A stretch of 60,251 nucleotides of DNA, the filler included, from Catajapyx aquilonaris (taxonomy: Eukaryota), in the NCBI GenBank assembly GCA_000934665.2. It is 2 parts of 2 records of this genome, joined end to end, with 100 filler letters (N's around TTAATTAATTAA, not from the genome) between each part and the next. Parts side by side here need not be neighbours in the genome. Positions count along the whole stretch, not along the records: positions 1 to 30,068 come from JYFJ02004691.1; positions 30,169 to 60,251 come from KZ539197.1. One strand, written 5' to 3'. Shown piece by piece: positions 23,501-37,838 of the stretch. Position 1 is the stretch's first letter, and every line of letters starts with the position of its first letter. A program made the position numbers and the translations under genes. Below the pieces are notes generated by a model that was given only the letters and a program-made list of their open reading frames with translations, ran no database searches and had not been told where the DNA came from.

Positions 23501-26500
23501 ATCCCATTTTTTCCCCCGTGTGACAAGCCGCTAATTGGAGCGCTAACGGCCCCGTACGTGCATCGAACCGTACATGCAAATTGTCCAGTCTCATCACGTT
23601 TATATCACGTTGCTACTAGTCTGGGCAAAACAACAAAGAGGTGAACGTGAGGAGTCAAGGGCAAGGTCGGGCAGGTGTTTAGGTTATGAGAAGCAGGCGC
23701 AGGTGTAGGCGTTAAGGGGACAGCAGATTGCACATCTGATTAGAGACAAACCGCCACCAACACTACTTGGTTGGTGCACCTAGTCAAATGGGCCAAGGTC
23801 GAAGCCCGGTTCAATCCGGACCAGTATCGGGAAGGTCTTTTTTTCCCTAGTCATGGAATCCTTAACATGCAATCTCTCTCTTTTTTTCGGGCGACAGTAT
23901 GCCATGTACACAGTTGTGGTATTGACGTCAGCACTTTCCGGATGTCATCTCCGCGCGTCACATGTGTATGCTGCATGCTCTGACATCGCGAGTTATGATA
24001 TATTATGCTGATGGTTTGGTTTACCAGCTTGACATGCTGAACCAGGCGAGACCGACAGCTGCACAGGACCACACGTATATGAAAGGTGAAGAAATCCGCC
24101 CCCGCACCTTCCCCAACCGGACTTAGCTAGACTTTCACTCAAATGGTGCATCCTGATCGCAAAACCTGATGAAATTGCCCCTATGCCAATTGCAGCTTTC
24201 ACCTTACATCCTGCATAACGGTCCGTTTATTTCGCATGCGTGGAGTTGTTGGGGAGAGAGAGAGAGAAAAAAAAGAAGGTACATCTCTCCAAAGTTTAAT
24301 AAATTACCTGTTGATTCTGCAGGGAATGCTGAATTCCCACGTGGCAAGTATGGATCTGGATTCTTACCCCTTCTTCTTTCGGAACTGGAAAAAAAATCTA
24401 GCATTGCCTTCAGGCTACTGTGGGTCAGCCCACTACCAATTTTCGAAACAGTATATCAAACAGCGTGAGAAAACCGCGTGAGTAATGCGGATTCCTTTCC
24501 TGTGGGTGACCTTGCTTTATTGAGCACTTCCAAATTGAATCTTCGAAATGTACGCCGGATGTACCAAGTTCGTTACGCTATTACAACAGGGTGGTACGTT
24601 GCTGCTACAAGTCCTCCCAAAGTTATTAACCCCCGGTTTCCTTCAAATATGTGGACTATATATAGGGATCCGATCCACCCTGTAGTTCGACGCACGTTTT
24701 GCGGTTATGCCTGGAAATACCGGCAGCTCGGCGGCGTCTTCCAGATGAAACGTGACACCTCCAGCCAAAACTTTCCCAACTACATTATTATTACCAGGAC
24801 CGGTAGTGGAATTCCCCAAAGAGGCACGCTTTGTGTTTGGTGAAATAACGGAACCGACTGACTCCTACGTACATGTGTGTGTGTGTGTCCAAAGTGTTGC
24901 AATAATTGTTACAACCATCAAGGACTGTACGTTCTTTGAATTCCTTCATGCAACAGGCTGCGGGATGTCTATGCGCTTACTCATTTTTGCCCACCTAACC
25001 TACTTTTTTTTTTACATGTGGGCAATATCTTTAAACCGTTTTGCTATGGAGTCTGGATGTGCTGCCAGAGAATGCGTCATTTACACCTGGGCTTGTCCTG
25101 ATTTTTTTGAAAGTGTGCGCATGATGACCACTTTCAGTTGCGCCAATATTGGCTCGCGTGTCTCTCCTTTTCTTTCGGGTCAGACCTTGAAATGCACAAA
25201 ACATTTTTCGTTATACGACAGCATGAGTACGCATGTGGGACTGGCGCTTGCTAATTTTGATCTCGATTGTTTATTTTTCTTTTATATACGACAGCCAATT
25301 TTTCTATGTCTCTCGCGAACGACGTTACATGATTGTGTGCGACGTATTTTTCCGGAAGTCGGAGTGAGATGGTGCGCGATAAAAAATATATATACACTGT
25401 CCACAGTAATTGGATCAGTATTATGTCATAAAAAGAACACAATATGTTGGTCCAGTCTAGTAAATTAATGGCAAAATACTGTACTTAAATATATTGTTGC
25501 ACTCAATACGCACTTGTAAGACGAGTCACGAAACAGACTCAATTGGGGGGGGGGGGGGNGGGGGGGTCAATATTTGGCTAAAGAGTCATATGCAAACAAT
25601 GTTGTTTCCAAACCATATAATTTCCTGCATTCTGCGACCGAATGCAGGAAATTATGATTGGAAAATAAATATCTGGCATTACCATATACTCAATTTGGCA
25701 CTTTAGCAAATATTGTGCAGCCGAGAAGAAATCCTCGTGCGATTTTGTCACACGACAATTACTTTTCCCGGGGACGGTCTTCACCGACCTGTTGTACTCC
25801 TATTAAGGTCATGACAAACGCCCAGTCCGATCGAGTGTAATTGAGTGCGGGACGAACCAAAGAAGCCAATTAGTGTCTCTCTTATTTTTGACCTAGTAAG
25901 TGTTGCTGGGCGCTGAAAGGTTCAGCGTTCTCCGCGACACCTTATTTTATATCGCATGTACAACTGTATATTTTGGGAAGAGATTGACTTCAAACCGCCT
26001 TAAACTTGACCCAGTTACTAAAACATTTCCTGACCACATCATGACGTATGAACAGCCTTCAGCAAAATGTCTCGAGACTGCTGATTATTCTATATTTTTC
26101 AGTTTTCTCGAGACAGGGACTGTACTTGAGGAGAATGACATAATCCGGGTGAGTCAGACGATCTTTGGCTTGTATCGGTTTTTTTTTTCTATAAGAGGAA
26201 GTGCAGCTCCATCTAATTAGAGGGGGGCAAAGAGAGGTGAGGCGCCAGTATATATCCGCATAATGATTAACACGAGAGAGGGCCATGCATCATGCTTGCA
26301 TTTTAGGAGAGCTTTGGGCTTGTCAGTGTGGGCCAAGCCAGGCAAAGATTGCATGCCGAAGAGTTTAGTAGGCGTCCAGGGCGTCGGGATGGGAGATCGT
26401 GTTGGCGCCAATTGCTGGTTGGCCAATCCTTCCGGAGAATCGCTCTTTGGGTGGCGGCCCTTTTCCTACCCATTTTTTACTCTCTTTTTGTACGTATTAC

Positions 26501-26760
26501 GGACCCTCTTTTTTTTTGAGGGCTTGATCCCACGCTTACTGTATACACCTCATGGGAGAGGGTATGGCGCAATCACATCCGGTGCCACGCCCGGAATCTC
26601 TCCCGGAATCTGATATATACTGTAGGCGCCGTGTCTGCACGATTTTTTGACCCACTCCGTCTGTTTCAGATCGACAATTAGAAGCTGTCGAAAAAAAATC
26701 ACCGTTTTAGTTGAGTAAAAAGGATTCAATCAGAACGTGGATTAATATGTCTGCACTATT

Positions 26761-26834
26761 AGCGTGTCTGGACGATTTTTTGACCTCTCCGTCTGAAACA
26801 GACGGGAGAGGTCAAAAAAACGTCCAGACACGTT
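26761..26834. repeat. Short imperfect palindrome within a partly duplicated repeat (26630-26920)
   Basis: cgtgtctggacgattttttgacctctccgtctg-aaa-cagacgggagaggtcaaaaaaacgtccagacacg. The left arm recurs at about 26630-26665. Confidence 0.7.
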
Positions 26835-29800
26835 ATCCAATTTTTTCCTCTAAGCAGTTGTCAAAAAAATCGCCCTTTTGCTGTAGTTGAGCCGAAGGAT
26901 TCAGTCAGGACGTCGAATTTAAGTAAATTTCTGAGCCTATATAGCTAATTGAGAAAAAGCGAGTCTGTCCAAAAACTTAATGCGTCAGTGGCTGGGTGGC
27001 TTAATTGGCATGGGGGGGTACTTGGCCCCAATTCGCAAAAAAATTGTATCCAAATGGCCACTTGGGAACGTAGCCTACCACTAAAAAGAAACCTCTGTGT
27101 TTGGATGACCCGTTGTGTGTGAAGCTCAAGTGCTGAAGCACGGACGCAAAATACCACTTCAAAGGGCGATTGACGCGATGTTTGCATACACACCTTCAAG
27201 ATGTTTGAAAAAAAAATGGATACAGACTCGTACGTAAATGCAATAATTGACGTAATGTATAGTGACCTATGTGTGTAATGTTAAGTTTTTCAGGTAGCCC
27301 AACGACAATTTTTCTTTCATTTCTTTTCAAGTCAGGGTAAGAACTGGTTTACTTGGTGTTGTCGTATATTTTCAGCCAGCCAAGGTGACACGGACAGACG
27401 CAATGCCGCGGAGGTAAGAGCTGGTTATGTTGTAACCCACGTAATTCCGGTCCTTGAACCGATGGCTTCAGAATGGGTTGTCAGCGATCACACAACGTAA
27501 TTCGAGTTTTAAAATGTTCTAATTGTTATTTGTACGATGCATTAGCTCTTACATTATGTACATTGCAATATCTACTGTACCGCCAATGAACGTGAAATGT
27601 TCTTCTATCGACAAAGTGTGCGGTCTTGGCCATTTCAAACCAAAGCTATTCAGAGAGTCTGTATAGTGTATATTTTCACACTTCCTTTTGGCATGGCACG
27701 AGCCATCTGCTAGCAATCAAGATATAGGAAAGGATACACTGGAATCTTGGATACTCGCGCATCCACCAGTCTACGACGAGAGAAAGCGATGACATCGTAT
27801 TTTTTTGCGAATTTTATTCATGGAAACAACTAAATAACTGCACCGACTTTAAAAATAAATGACATGCCCAAAAAGAAAGTAGTGCAGCAGAGACATCTTT
27901 TAATATAAAATTATTGCAAGTATTGCAGTGCATGATGACTGGGGTTTGGCTAACATTACTTGCTTGATGATATTCCCCTAACTATATAATATGCCTTTTG
28001 CATTCCTCGAGTCTCACGACATTTCTGCTGGGTCTTTCCATATGAGCACAATAATTATGGTAATTGTTACCTAAGCGGGTATTTCACCTGTTGGTGATTA
28101 CGGGACAGGTTATGTAGGTCAATGTTACTCGAAGTTTCTACGGAAGTGTGACTCATCGCACGTGCTTCAGATTTTGCGTTTTTTTATCGTCAGATCTTTT
28201 TAATTCTCATGGTGTGCAGTTAAGCTGCAAAGCTTAAAATCAATATTTAATAACGTGCCACCGCATGTCATTCTATATATACAGGAAGCCAGGGGGTTAT
28301 GACTCAAAGGTCGCGATGTTAATGCTCCTTGACTCTCTGTACAGTACAGTACAGGTAAAGCCAACCTTGACGCACACACACTAACACTGACCTTATCTTG
28401 GATTAGCTCATGAATGTTGTGCATTTAGTTTACAATCATATTCCCAACATATTTGCAGAGTATATACGAAAACAAACATTGGTTTGTATCAGACGCATGC
28501 GTTATAGTAGAATACAGTAGCCTATACACATTAAAAAATATGCTTATCTATAGAAGTTATTACCGGTAATTAATATTCGTAGGTATATTTTGATATGCAT
28601 ATTATTTATTCTGTATATAGTATGTGTGTACATGTTATTAGTTGGCTTACTAGTGTATATGCTTAGTAATATTAGCATAATTGCAAATTTTGTATTACAT
28701 TTTTCTGTAGGAATATTATGGTATGTCAAAGAACCGAATGGAAATCACGGAATTATAAAATCAAATGCATAAAATAATTTACATAATATGGATGGTAATA
28801 GTTTATTACAGAAAATAACTTTAAATCTTAGACAAATCAATGTTTATTTTTATATGAAGCCTACTATATGTAGGCTATATCAGATCTGTAAAGGTTGAAT
28901 ATTTATTGCAAGTGTACAGACGCACCCAATTTAATACGTTTCTCTGGAATAAATGCTGAGATTGTGTTGGTCAAAGAACCCGAGTGATTCCGAGCACATG
29001 TTTACAAATGAGATGGTCAAGTATACTTGGTAAAGAGAGACCAAGCTGACTGGCCAGTGCGAGTGTTCTGGGAACCTTTTTGGTTATGGGCACTTGAACA
29101 AACAGGTGCGGCTTCTTGCTGTGGTGTGTCTGACTTATATCTCCCAGGTCACAAGTTTGCCCCCTCAGGGGTCGCCTCCTCATACGATATCTCAACCATA
29201 TAAGCACAGCAGATAACAATCTCAACTTGTATGCCAACCAGTCTCTCTCTAGCTGCACACAGTTCTGAGTAGAAGACTTCTCACTTTCTGAATATTCGGC
29301 CCTCGGGCAACAAGAAAACGGGATCCCGAATGAATGGACTACGTGCCACTTACCACGTTCTGGATATACACATACTCAATATTCACAGACGTATTTTGCT
29401 GCAAGTGAATGCAGGAGCAATAACTCGCAGGAAGCTAGCTCAATTACAGAGATCCAAGGTTACGACAAGGTGATTTACGTAACCGCCATCCAAGTATATA
29501 CTGTACAACAACAAAAAAAATAATTGCATTCGATCAAAACAAATCGTCACTCGAAGGTACAGAGCGTCATGTACAAATAACTCGGACAAACATGTGCTGT
29601 CTAGGTCATTGATCCTCGGCATAACTGTGACGACAAGGCCCGCAGTGTTGCCTCTATTTCCTAACCTTGGCATTGGAGCTCAATAGTGTATCTAGGCCAA
29701 CTAAAAAAAAAAAGTTAAAGTTTGAGAGACACTCGGCGATGTCTTTTTTAGTCCATAGTTCTGCCAACGGGGAAAGCCTTGGCAAACTTCCAACGTTACA

Positions 29801-30068
29801 ATGTCGACGTCATTTATTTCGCCCGATTCGGTGCTCAAGGGCGAACTTTAATTATTTATACCTCGTGAACTTCGTCGTGAACTGTGCCTGCTTGTAATCA
29901 AGAATACATGAATCTGCAGTGATTAGTCCCCAAATCAATAAATTATTGGCTATACAACTATATCATAAAAATTTGGCAACGTCCACTAATTACCGGATGG
30001 AAAAATCTGCGAGGTGTAACACGGTATTGCTCGCAAAAAAAAAGAGTGGAAGCGGAAGGGCACCAAAA

Positions 30069-30168
30069 NNNNNNNNNNNNNNNNNNNNNNNNNNNNNNNN
30101 NNNNNNNNNNNNTTAATTAATTAANNNNNNNNNNNNNNNNNNNNNNNNNNNNNNNNNNNNNNNNNNNN
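30069..30168. other. Artificial contig-join spacer
   Basis: Exactly 44 N + TTAATTAATTAA + 44 N = 100 nt. TTAATTAATTAA places stop codons in all six frames and is a known contig-concatenation linker. Confidence 0.85.
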
Positions 30169-30336
30169 CCGCGCCTGCCCCCTCCGTCCCTTTCCCCCTG
30201 ACCTCCCAGTCCCCTAACCGCCCAGAACACCCTTTCCCCCCTCCCTTCTCGTACTTCCTGATACCTGTCCACAGACGGACGGACGGACACAGCCGTGCTA
30301 TAAGACTTTTTTCGATGGATGAGAAAATGTATAAAA

Positions 30337-30718
30337 CAGCGGTTCCCAACCTTTTCGACATGAAGCCCCCCTTTTCGTTTTCACCAAGCACTCACGCCCC
30401 CCGGTCCCAATAAATTTCAGCAAGAGTATCTTGACCGATATTTTTATAACTGAGGAATTCAAACATGTTGAAATAGGGGAAACGACAGAAGAAATTTTGG
30501 GGGTTCAAGGTCACACAAGTTTAGGTGAATGTAGCTGACAAAGTACAGTGGAATCTTCCTATACTGTATAAGCACAGAAAAGTCGGTCCCTTCATATTTC
30601 CAGCAGCGCCAAGCGGAAACATGTTACATTATTTACTTATTGCTCATGACCTCACGCCCCCCCCCCCCTGAAATCCTCTCACGCCCCCNCCCCCCCCCCC
30701 CCCGGTTGGGAACCACTG
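30337..30718. mobile_element. hAT-type MITE
   Basis: TIRs CAGCGGTTCCCAACC...GGTTGGGAACCACTG. 8-bp TSD gtataaaa (30329-30336 and 30719-30726). Confidence 0.9.
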
Positions 30719-32235
30719 GTATAAAAGATAGGTTTGCTAGATACATTTTTAAAGGGGAAAGGGACGGTCAGGGGGTAGGAGGAGGGAGGGGGGAAAGGGT
30801 AAGTTCCGTGACGGACGTTGGCGACAATAGCAGTAAACATGAAAAAGTCTACTCTAATCACGCCCCCGTGATTTGCCAATCTTGTTTTACCTTAATATGA
30901 AATTCCACTGCATTACAAGAATTTCATCCCCATTTCCTCCAATCCCCTAAGCAGATTTGGACGCCCCGCCACACCCAACAATGCTCTCAGACCCCAATTT
31001 CCACCCGAGAGCAACAATCCCGCACAAATCCTAGCACCCCCTCATACATCCTCCCTTAAACCCTCCCCTTTTCCCTCCCTGTTCCGCTCTCTAATTAAGA
31101 CTCACCACCGTGAAAGACCCGCTCAATAATTCAAGTCGCCTGCCTCAAACGTCCATCTCAGTTAAGAGGACCAAGAAAGTCCTATCTCCCTCCCATTCGA
31201 TCTACACCCAAAATAGAGATCCTCCAACAAGGGATTGCTGACCTGGCAAGTGCACATATATATATACGCCCCCGCTTTGCCCCCCCCCCCCCCCCNNNNN
31301 NNNNNNNNNNNNNNNNNNNNNNNNNNNNNNNNNNNNNNNNNNNNNNNNNNNNNNNNNNNNNNNNNNNNNNNNNNNNNNNNNNNNNNNNNNNNNNNNNNNN
31401 NNNNNNNNNNNNNNNNNNNNNNNNNNNNNNNNNNNNNNNNNNNNNNNNNNNNNNNNNNNNNNNNNNNNNNNNNNNNNNNNNNNNNNNNNNNNNNNNNNNN
31501 NNNNNNNNNNNNNNNNNNNNNNNNNNNNNNNNNNNNNNNNNNNNNNNNNNNNNNNNNNNNNNNNNNNNNNNNNNNNNNNNNNNNNNNNNNNNNNNNNNNN
31601 NNNNNNNNNNNNNNNNNNNNNNNNNNNNNNNNNNNNNNNNNNNNAATCGATTATCTGAGTAAAGTTTATCCGGTTCGGGTTTGGATAGAGGGATAAAAGG
31701 GTTAACTGTGAACAGGGACTGTGTTGGGTATTAAAAAGGGAGCTGTTTCTGAGGTGGATGGGTTGCCACTTGGGGGTCAAATGTCGTTCTAGATTTTTAT
31801 GTGGATGGTACAGTATGCCTGATTTTTTTGGGGGGGGGCGGAGGGGGAGAAGAGTGCAGGTTAACTGAGGGGAGGGATGTCCAACAAGAACGTCGTCAAG
31901 GTCGCTTCTACAAAAATGGACACTATCTGCTACTAGAAATGTATGGTTCGAGTCAGGATGACATCTTTCCTCAAGTATGCACCTTAGTTAATTTTTATTT
32001 GCATTGTTTTGTTACGAGTTTTGAGAGTGACATCACAGTACGGTTTGTCCCTCTACTTACCCAAAAATTGCGAAAAAAAATTAATTCTGGCGCTACACAA
32101 CGATTTCAATTTTAAAGGTAATACCAGTATTTTCTGTTATAACTTTCACCTAAAGTTATTATATCATCAGGGTAAGTTTGGCTAATACTGTATTTTTTGA
32201 CATTATTACAGTATAATAAACACCTCGCATGCTGT

Positions 32236-32550
32236 CAGTGGCGGATTTAGGGGGGGCACGGGGGCCCGCCCGCCCCCCCCCCCCCCCCGNNNNNNNNNNN
32301 NNNNNNNNNNNNNNNNNNNNNNNNNNNNNNNNNNNNNNNNNNNNNNNNNNNNNNNNNNNNNNNNNNNNNNNNNNNNNNNNNNNNNNNNNNNNNNNNNNNN
32401 NNNNNNNNNNNNNNNNNNNNNNNNNNNNNNNNNNNNNNNNNNNNNNNNNNNNNNNNNNNNNNNNNNNNNNNNNNNNNNNNNNNNNNNNNNCCCCCCAGAG
32501 AAGTACCCTTGTGCCCCCCCCCCCATCAAAAATTTCTGGATCCGCCACTG
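32236..32550. mobile_element. hAT-type MITE spanning an N gap
   Basis: TIRs CAGTGGCGGAT...ATCCGCCACTG. 8-bp TSD catgctgt (32228-32235 and 32551-32558). Confidence 0.9.
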
Positions 32551-35277
32551 CATGCTGTGCTTCTTGAAGGATGGTGGTAGTGACTTACGTTGTCTTGCCT
32601 TCCCATAAAGTATCCAAGAAAAGGCTATGGGAAATCGAAATATGTGCGACGTGATGAGGAATGTTCAGGATTCAGACTTGAAGGGCCTTCTCTTAAAATA
32701 CAAACAAAATGCTTCTGCTCATTCCTGGGAACTGTTATTTCAAACTTCTCTGCTACTTACTCCTATATTTACGTTTTCAGCAAGTTGGTAGACTAATTAT
32801 GCAGGGTATTCATGAAGCACCTGATTTATTCAAAAGGTGGTAACAACCCCTGCGAATCCAAAGCCTTTTATTGCTCTATCTAAACTTGATAAATGACTGT
32901 CATCCGTAGGTACCTCACTCTGCATTTCTTTTGCATTAATTTTCACTAATAGGTAGATATGGCCCCGTGCCAAAATGAGAAGCCAGAATCACTCACACTA
33001 ATACCCTGCACTCAGCAATCTCAAATGATGCGAACATTTTTCGGCGCAAAACAATTTCAAGAATATGGGAGGATAATAAATGATTCAAAGATCCCAGTAG
33101 AATTCGAGGCCGTAAATTATCGAGCGCTCTTCCGTTTCCTAATGTTCCAAAAGTTAGTTGTTGACTACAAAAAAAACACTTTTTTTTTTGGACCAGAGTT
33201 ACCAAATGGGCAAAGTCACTTCTTTTGAGCTTGGTCCAGAAAAAAAGGAGCAGAATTGCCTTGCAAATTGAATCCCGGCGGACTACACTCAACAAGTGTC
33301 CTGGGTGGGTGGAGGAGGGAGGTGTTGGAAGTACAAACCATTTATTCAAAAATCTACATCAGAATTGTGACAAGCTCAAAGGAAACACACCAACCGGTAC
33401 AGAGCGAGTCAAAATCTCTAGAGTTCAAATATTTGCATGTTTCATACAGATTTTTCCGATTATCTGAATCACCCTGTAGGCGACACCGTTCGTTCGTTGT
33501 TGTAGCTGCTGGCGTGAAAAGGAAGATCTACAGAGGCATGGAGAGATTGAAAAGGTGACGAGGAGAGGTTGAAGCCAGCCGAGGCTGAGGATCTTATTGG
33601 GAGAGGCAGCCAAAGGAATGGTGGGGGCGAGAAAATCTCGTTTCCTGTCATGGCGCCGCTGTCAAACCAGACACTTTTTGCTCACTCCTTTTTTGCTAAA
33701 GATACCGCGCAAAATTGCAGGACTTGGAAGGCATGCGATGAGGAAATATATATTGGCGCCCTCTTGTTGACGTCAATGCTCATTTGCCATTTCTGACTAC
33801 TAGCGCCCTAAGCGGAAGATTCGAGCGTAATTCCAGGTTAATTGAGTCCCATAGCTCGCACGTGTGAACTTGTAGGTGCTTCAAAAGCTGATCCAATAAG
33901 TCTGATGACGTCCATCACTTGAATCCTCCAAGGTGCTTTCGGACCGAAATACTCAGGTGTCACACAGGTTTTTCGTCAATTTTGCTAACAATTAAGGTGC
34001 ACTCTGGTAATTATATATCCGTTGAGGTAAGCATCCTTCCAGGCACTTCCCCGGAAAACCTTTCATCCGAGTGTGCCCCCTACCCCCCACCCAGCAGGCA
34101 AAGTCCATTATCCGGAGCCGTTACGCCAAGCTCCATTGTGTTTCCGGACGTTTAATTGGAGCAAAGTAGACGAAGAAAGACCTATGCTCACTATTTGGTG
34201 GGTTGGAGTATAGTGGCAGTTAGTTTCGAATATATCCAGACAAACTAATTGAAACTTGGAGCGTCTAGCATGCATATTATATAGGACTGCTCTCTCTTTA
34301 ATAGTCGCTGGTCGGCTCTTTTCCAAGTCGATTAATCCGACGATTTAATTCGATTAGGAGAGAGCGCTAATTGTGTCGAAGAAAGGGGAGAAAATCTTTG
34401 CTGAGGAAGACGTCTTAAATCCTGTTCATTACTCTACGGAGTTAACGTGGTGTCGGTGCGGTTGCCACAGGGTGTGCTCAGGGCCTCAGTTCATTTTGCC
34501 AACGGAAATCATGGGTCTGAAATGTTGGGCTTGAATATTGCCAACAGGGTATGGCTGCTGTCATGGTGAACAGAGAAATCCGGCACATACAGTATTTTGG
34601 ACCTTGGGATAGGGCAGGTGCTGAAGGGGTTAAATTGACCCTTGAGTCCAGAGAACGACGCTTTTAAAAAGGTGAGTTTGGAAATAAATTCAATTTTCTT
34701 GCAGGCACGTGTAAATCCCGAATTGCCAACTTCGCTCTTTTGTTCGTGATCGTTAAAAGTTCACTTTCAGACCATTCTACTGGCTAAACTTATCCAGTTG
34801 CCTTCCGCCCTCTTCCCCCTCCCATCCACTTCCCCAACATCACTGACTACAAACTAGAAAATTTTCCGATATCGACTGGTGGTAATACACCTCGTAAATA
34901 TAATTACGTAATCTAGTTTCTGAAGGCGACATAAAATTTAGCAACACAGCATTCTACCGAGAAAGAATTGAATTCAGGCAGGGAAACATCGGCGCAGAAT
35001 TCATTTGCCAGACTATATTTATAATTACGTTTACAATGACGTAAATTGCAACTCTATGACAAATATTCTACTCTTCGCTCACTGTGGCGAAACAAATTGA
35101 AGACGTGCAAAACAATGCTAGTCACATTTACGTTGAAAGTTAGGTAGTGTGTGACATGATTCTTGACACGAACTGTAGACTACGTTTCTGCTTGATCTAC
35201 ATTACAGATCCGCCGAGAAATGCTTGCAAAATATCAAGAGCTAATGTACCAACTCGCCAAAATTAGGCAAAAGTACG

Positions 35278-35282
<5 letters not shown>

Positions 35283-35310
<28 letters not shown>
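35283..35310. repeat. (GA)n microsatellite
   Basis: Dinucleotide run read directly. Confidence 0.9.
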
Positions 35311-35313
<3 letters not shown>

Positions 35314-37199
35314 AGGCAGCGACATCTGACGGTGGAATGCAGAAGAGACTCAGGTGGTGGCGCCCGACGGCGGAAATGGGAATACCGTGGAAGTGACGGA
35401 ATCGGCCTTTTTTTATTCGCGTTTCACAAAGTCCCTGGGCACTTTTCCAAAAAAAACAAAGGTCTATTGCAAATACAGAAAACGCGGGCAAAATTTCGAG
35501 ACAACTCTCATTGCTGTAGGCCGTACAGTGCGGGAGGAGTTGCCATGACAGTCGGCTTATTCAAATTTTCAACCGCATATCTTCATATCATTCCTGTGTT
35601 ACTATGTTTTTTTGCATTTTCATACGTTTATTTTAGCCTTTTAACCTACAGTTAAGAGTAACTGCAATGAATTTGTTGATATGGCACGTAATATAGGTCT
35701 ACTATTAGTCTTAATAGCGAACTTGGGCAGAGGAACACCCTATATGATCAAAACTGCTACAAAAAACGACCAACACATAACCTCGAATTAAATGATAGAT
35801 AAATGTAGGCAGATGTTTCATCTAATAAAATATGAGGATGAGAGGATGACAAAGGAGAGAGGAGGAGGAGGAGGGGAGGGTTTAGACAGATTCTCAATGA
35901 ATCACAGGTCCGACCTTGGCACCCCTCGGAGCAATTGAACCCAATTAATAGACAACTCCGATAATGATATTCTCTTTGCATATGCTGTATTGTATAATTA
36001 GTGAGCACCCTCCCCCTTTTCTCCCTCGAGAAGACACCTCCCTCACCCACTTTCTCCACCCCCTTTTTTGCAAGTCCAATGGGACAAATATTTCCTGCAG
36101 CCTCAGACGTGGCTGCCATTCGATATGAGCGAGTCTAAAGGAATTATAGTACAAGTTGCGGAATAATTCTCTGCCGCGAAATGAGGTTGGCGTGCAGAAT
36201 TCGAGGGGGGGGGGGGATTTTTTTTCCATGCAAATTGGAGTTACCAAGTTAAGTTACTAACAGAACCGTGCAAAAAATTTCAACGCTACAAGTGCCAATC
36301 CTGTACCTGAAGTTTACTATTGATTATTTTTGGTGCCTTATTGGTATTTGATCTTAAGCCAATTTCATTTCATAACCGACGGCCTTCCATTCCCCAAAAA
36401 CCGGTTCCAACTTTTCCACCCGCTTTTTACTCCAACCGCTCAAGTGATTCGATTAGAAGCGGTGTAAAATGCCCAGGTGCAAACTACCGACGAATAAAAA
36501 AAGTTGTCAGGAGAAAACGAAATTATCGCGCAGTGATAACAGAATTGCCCATCGATTTATCGCCAACCTGAATGTTTTTTTTCTTCTTTTTCTGCGATGT
36601 CCCACTTTTCTCGTGGTTCTTTTCTTTCCAAGAGTCAAACACTAAAATTCAACGCAAAACGAAAAAGCGAGCTGGGGAAAAAAAAAATCGTTACGGAAAC
36701 CACACAAGTTGTCAAAAACAATTGCGCACATGTTCTTTGGATAATGAAACTTTTGTGTGCGAAATTGCTGCATTCTTCAGATTTCCACACGCTCTATAAA
36801 TTTAATTGTGGCTTTTTTTCCTCCTTTTAAACGTACCTCTGACTTGGAAACTCCTTTGATTGTGCAGCTCCCTTTGTAACGAGCTTGTCAGTTGATTCTT
36901 TCCCAGTTTTCATATAAAGGGTGTTTCATAATGATTCTGAGTCACTCTGTCGCCCGTGGAGATGAGCCCCTTGCCTCCATTGCGTAATATACTGTTCAAT
37001 GTTGCTTCTCCGACACCGTTATCAAGACTGAATGTATGTCTTTATTACCCAAAGTAAAATGATGCGTATGTGTGCTAAATGTGACTGTCAAATGCACACC
37101 ATAATTATTTAGAGCATTACTATTTCAATATTTTCATACGTCCTCGGTTCTCCTATACTTCGTACTATGGTCTTAGACTACTAAGGTCTGGTCATTCTC

Positions 37200-37503
37200 T
37201 CTTATCGCCTGCCGGGGCGTTTTGCATGGGATGCTCACTTGAGAGCGCCATGAGACAGTTTTCACTGCTATATTATGTGGCGACCCTACCGGACCGCGCT
37301 GAACTTAGGTAGAAGGGAAGCCGCTACATGCGGGCCCAACATGGACGCTGGCGACCATGTTGGGTCCCCCAATGTAGCGCTTCCCTTTTGTACCTATAAA
37401 GTTCAGCGCGGTCCGGTAGGGTCGCCACATAATGTCGCAGTGAAAGGTCTCATGGCGGTCTCAAGTGAGCACCTCAAGCAAAACGCCCCGGCAGGCGATA
37501 AGA
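37200..37503. mobile_element. Foldback (palindromic) MITE-like element
   Basis: Imperfect palindrome of about 300 bp, tcttatcgcctgccggggcgttttgc...gcaaaacgccccggcaggcgataaga, pairing almost to the centre. TSD not resolved. Confidence 0.75.
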
Positions 37504-37553
37504 TAAGATTGTAGGAGTAGTGTCCGGGGGGCTGCTTCGTACCATGCTTCGTA

Positions 37554-37838
37554 CAGTGTTGGAAATTAATCGCGTCAAACTGCTAGCGACACATTCAGCT
37601 GGAGCAGACGTGCAAATCGAAGTGATAGAGTGCGAGCTGTGCGAGAAAGAAATGGTAGGCCTTGGGTGACGTCACCGGCAGGGGACAAGCCTTTTCTCCA
37701 TTGCCCTCCAGCCGGTGACGTCACCCAAGGCCTACCTCTTCTGATTCGGACGGCTCGCACTCTATATCACTTCGATTTGCATGTCTTCCGCATCGAAAAA
37801 TGTCGCTATCAGTACGACGTGATTAATGTCCAACACTG
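37554..37838. mobile_element. Tc1/mariner-type palindromic MITE
   Basis: TA|CAGTGTTGGA...TCCAACACTG|TA with internal self-complementarity. Same termini as 50717-50878. Confidence 0.85.

Noticed and set aside
24752..25468. 238-aa ORF, the longest in the track
   Set aside because: GTG start, Cys/Phe-rich composition typical of non-coding DNA, includes a (TG)n run, and has no motifs.
27290..27420. Cluster of plus-strand splice-like signals as FUOM exon 2
   Set aside because: No frame encodes LADxNFP or any other FUOM motif.
31202..32567. Long ORFs containing X runs
   Set aside because: Artefacts of N gaps flanked by poly-C/G.
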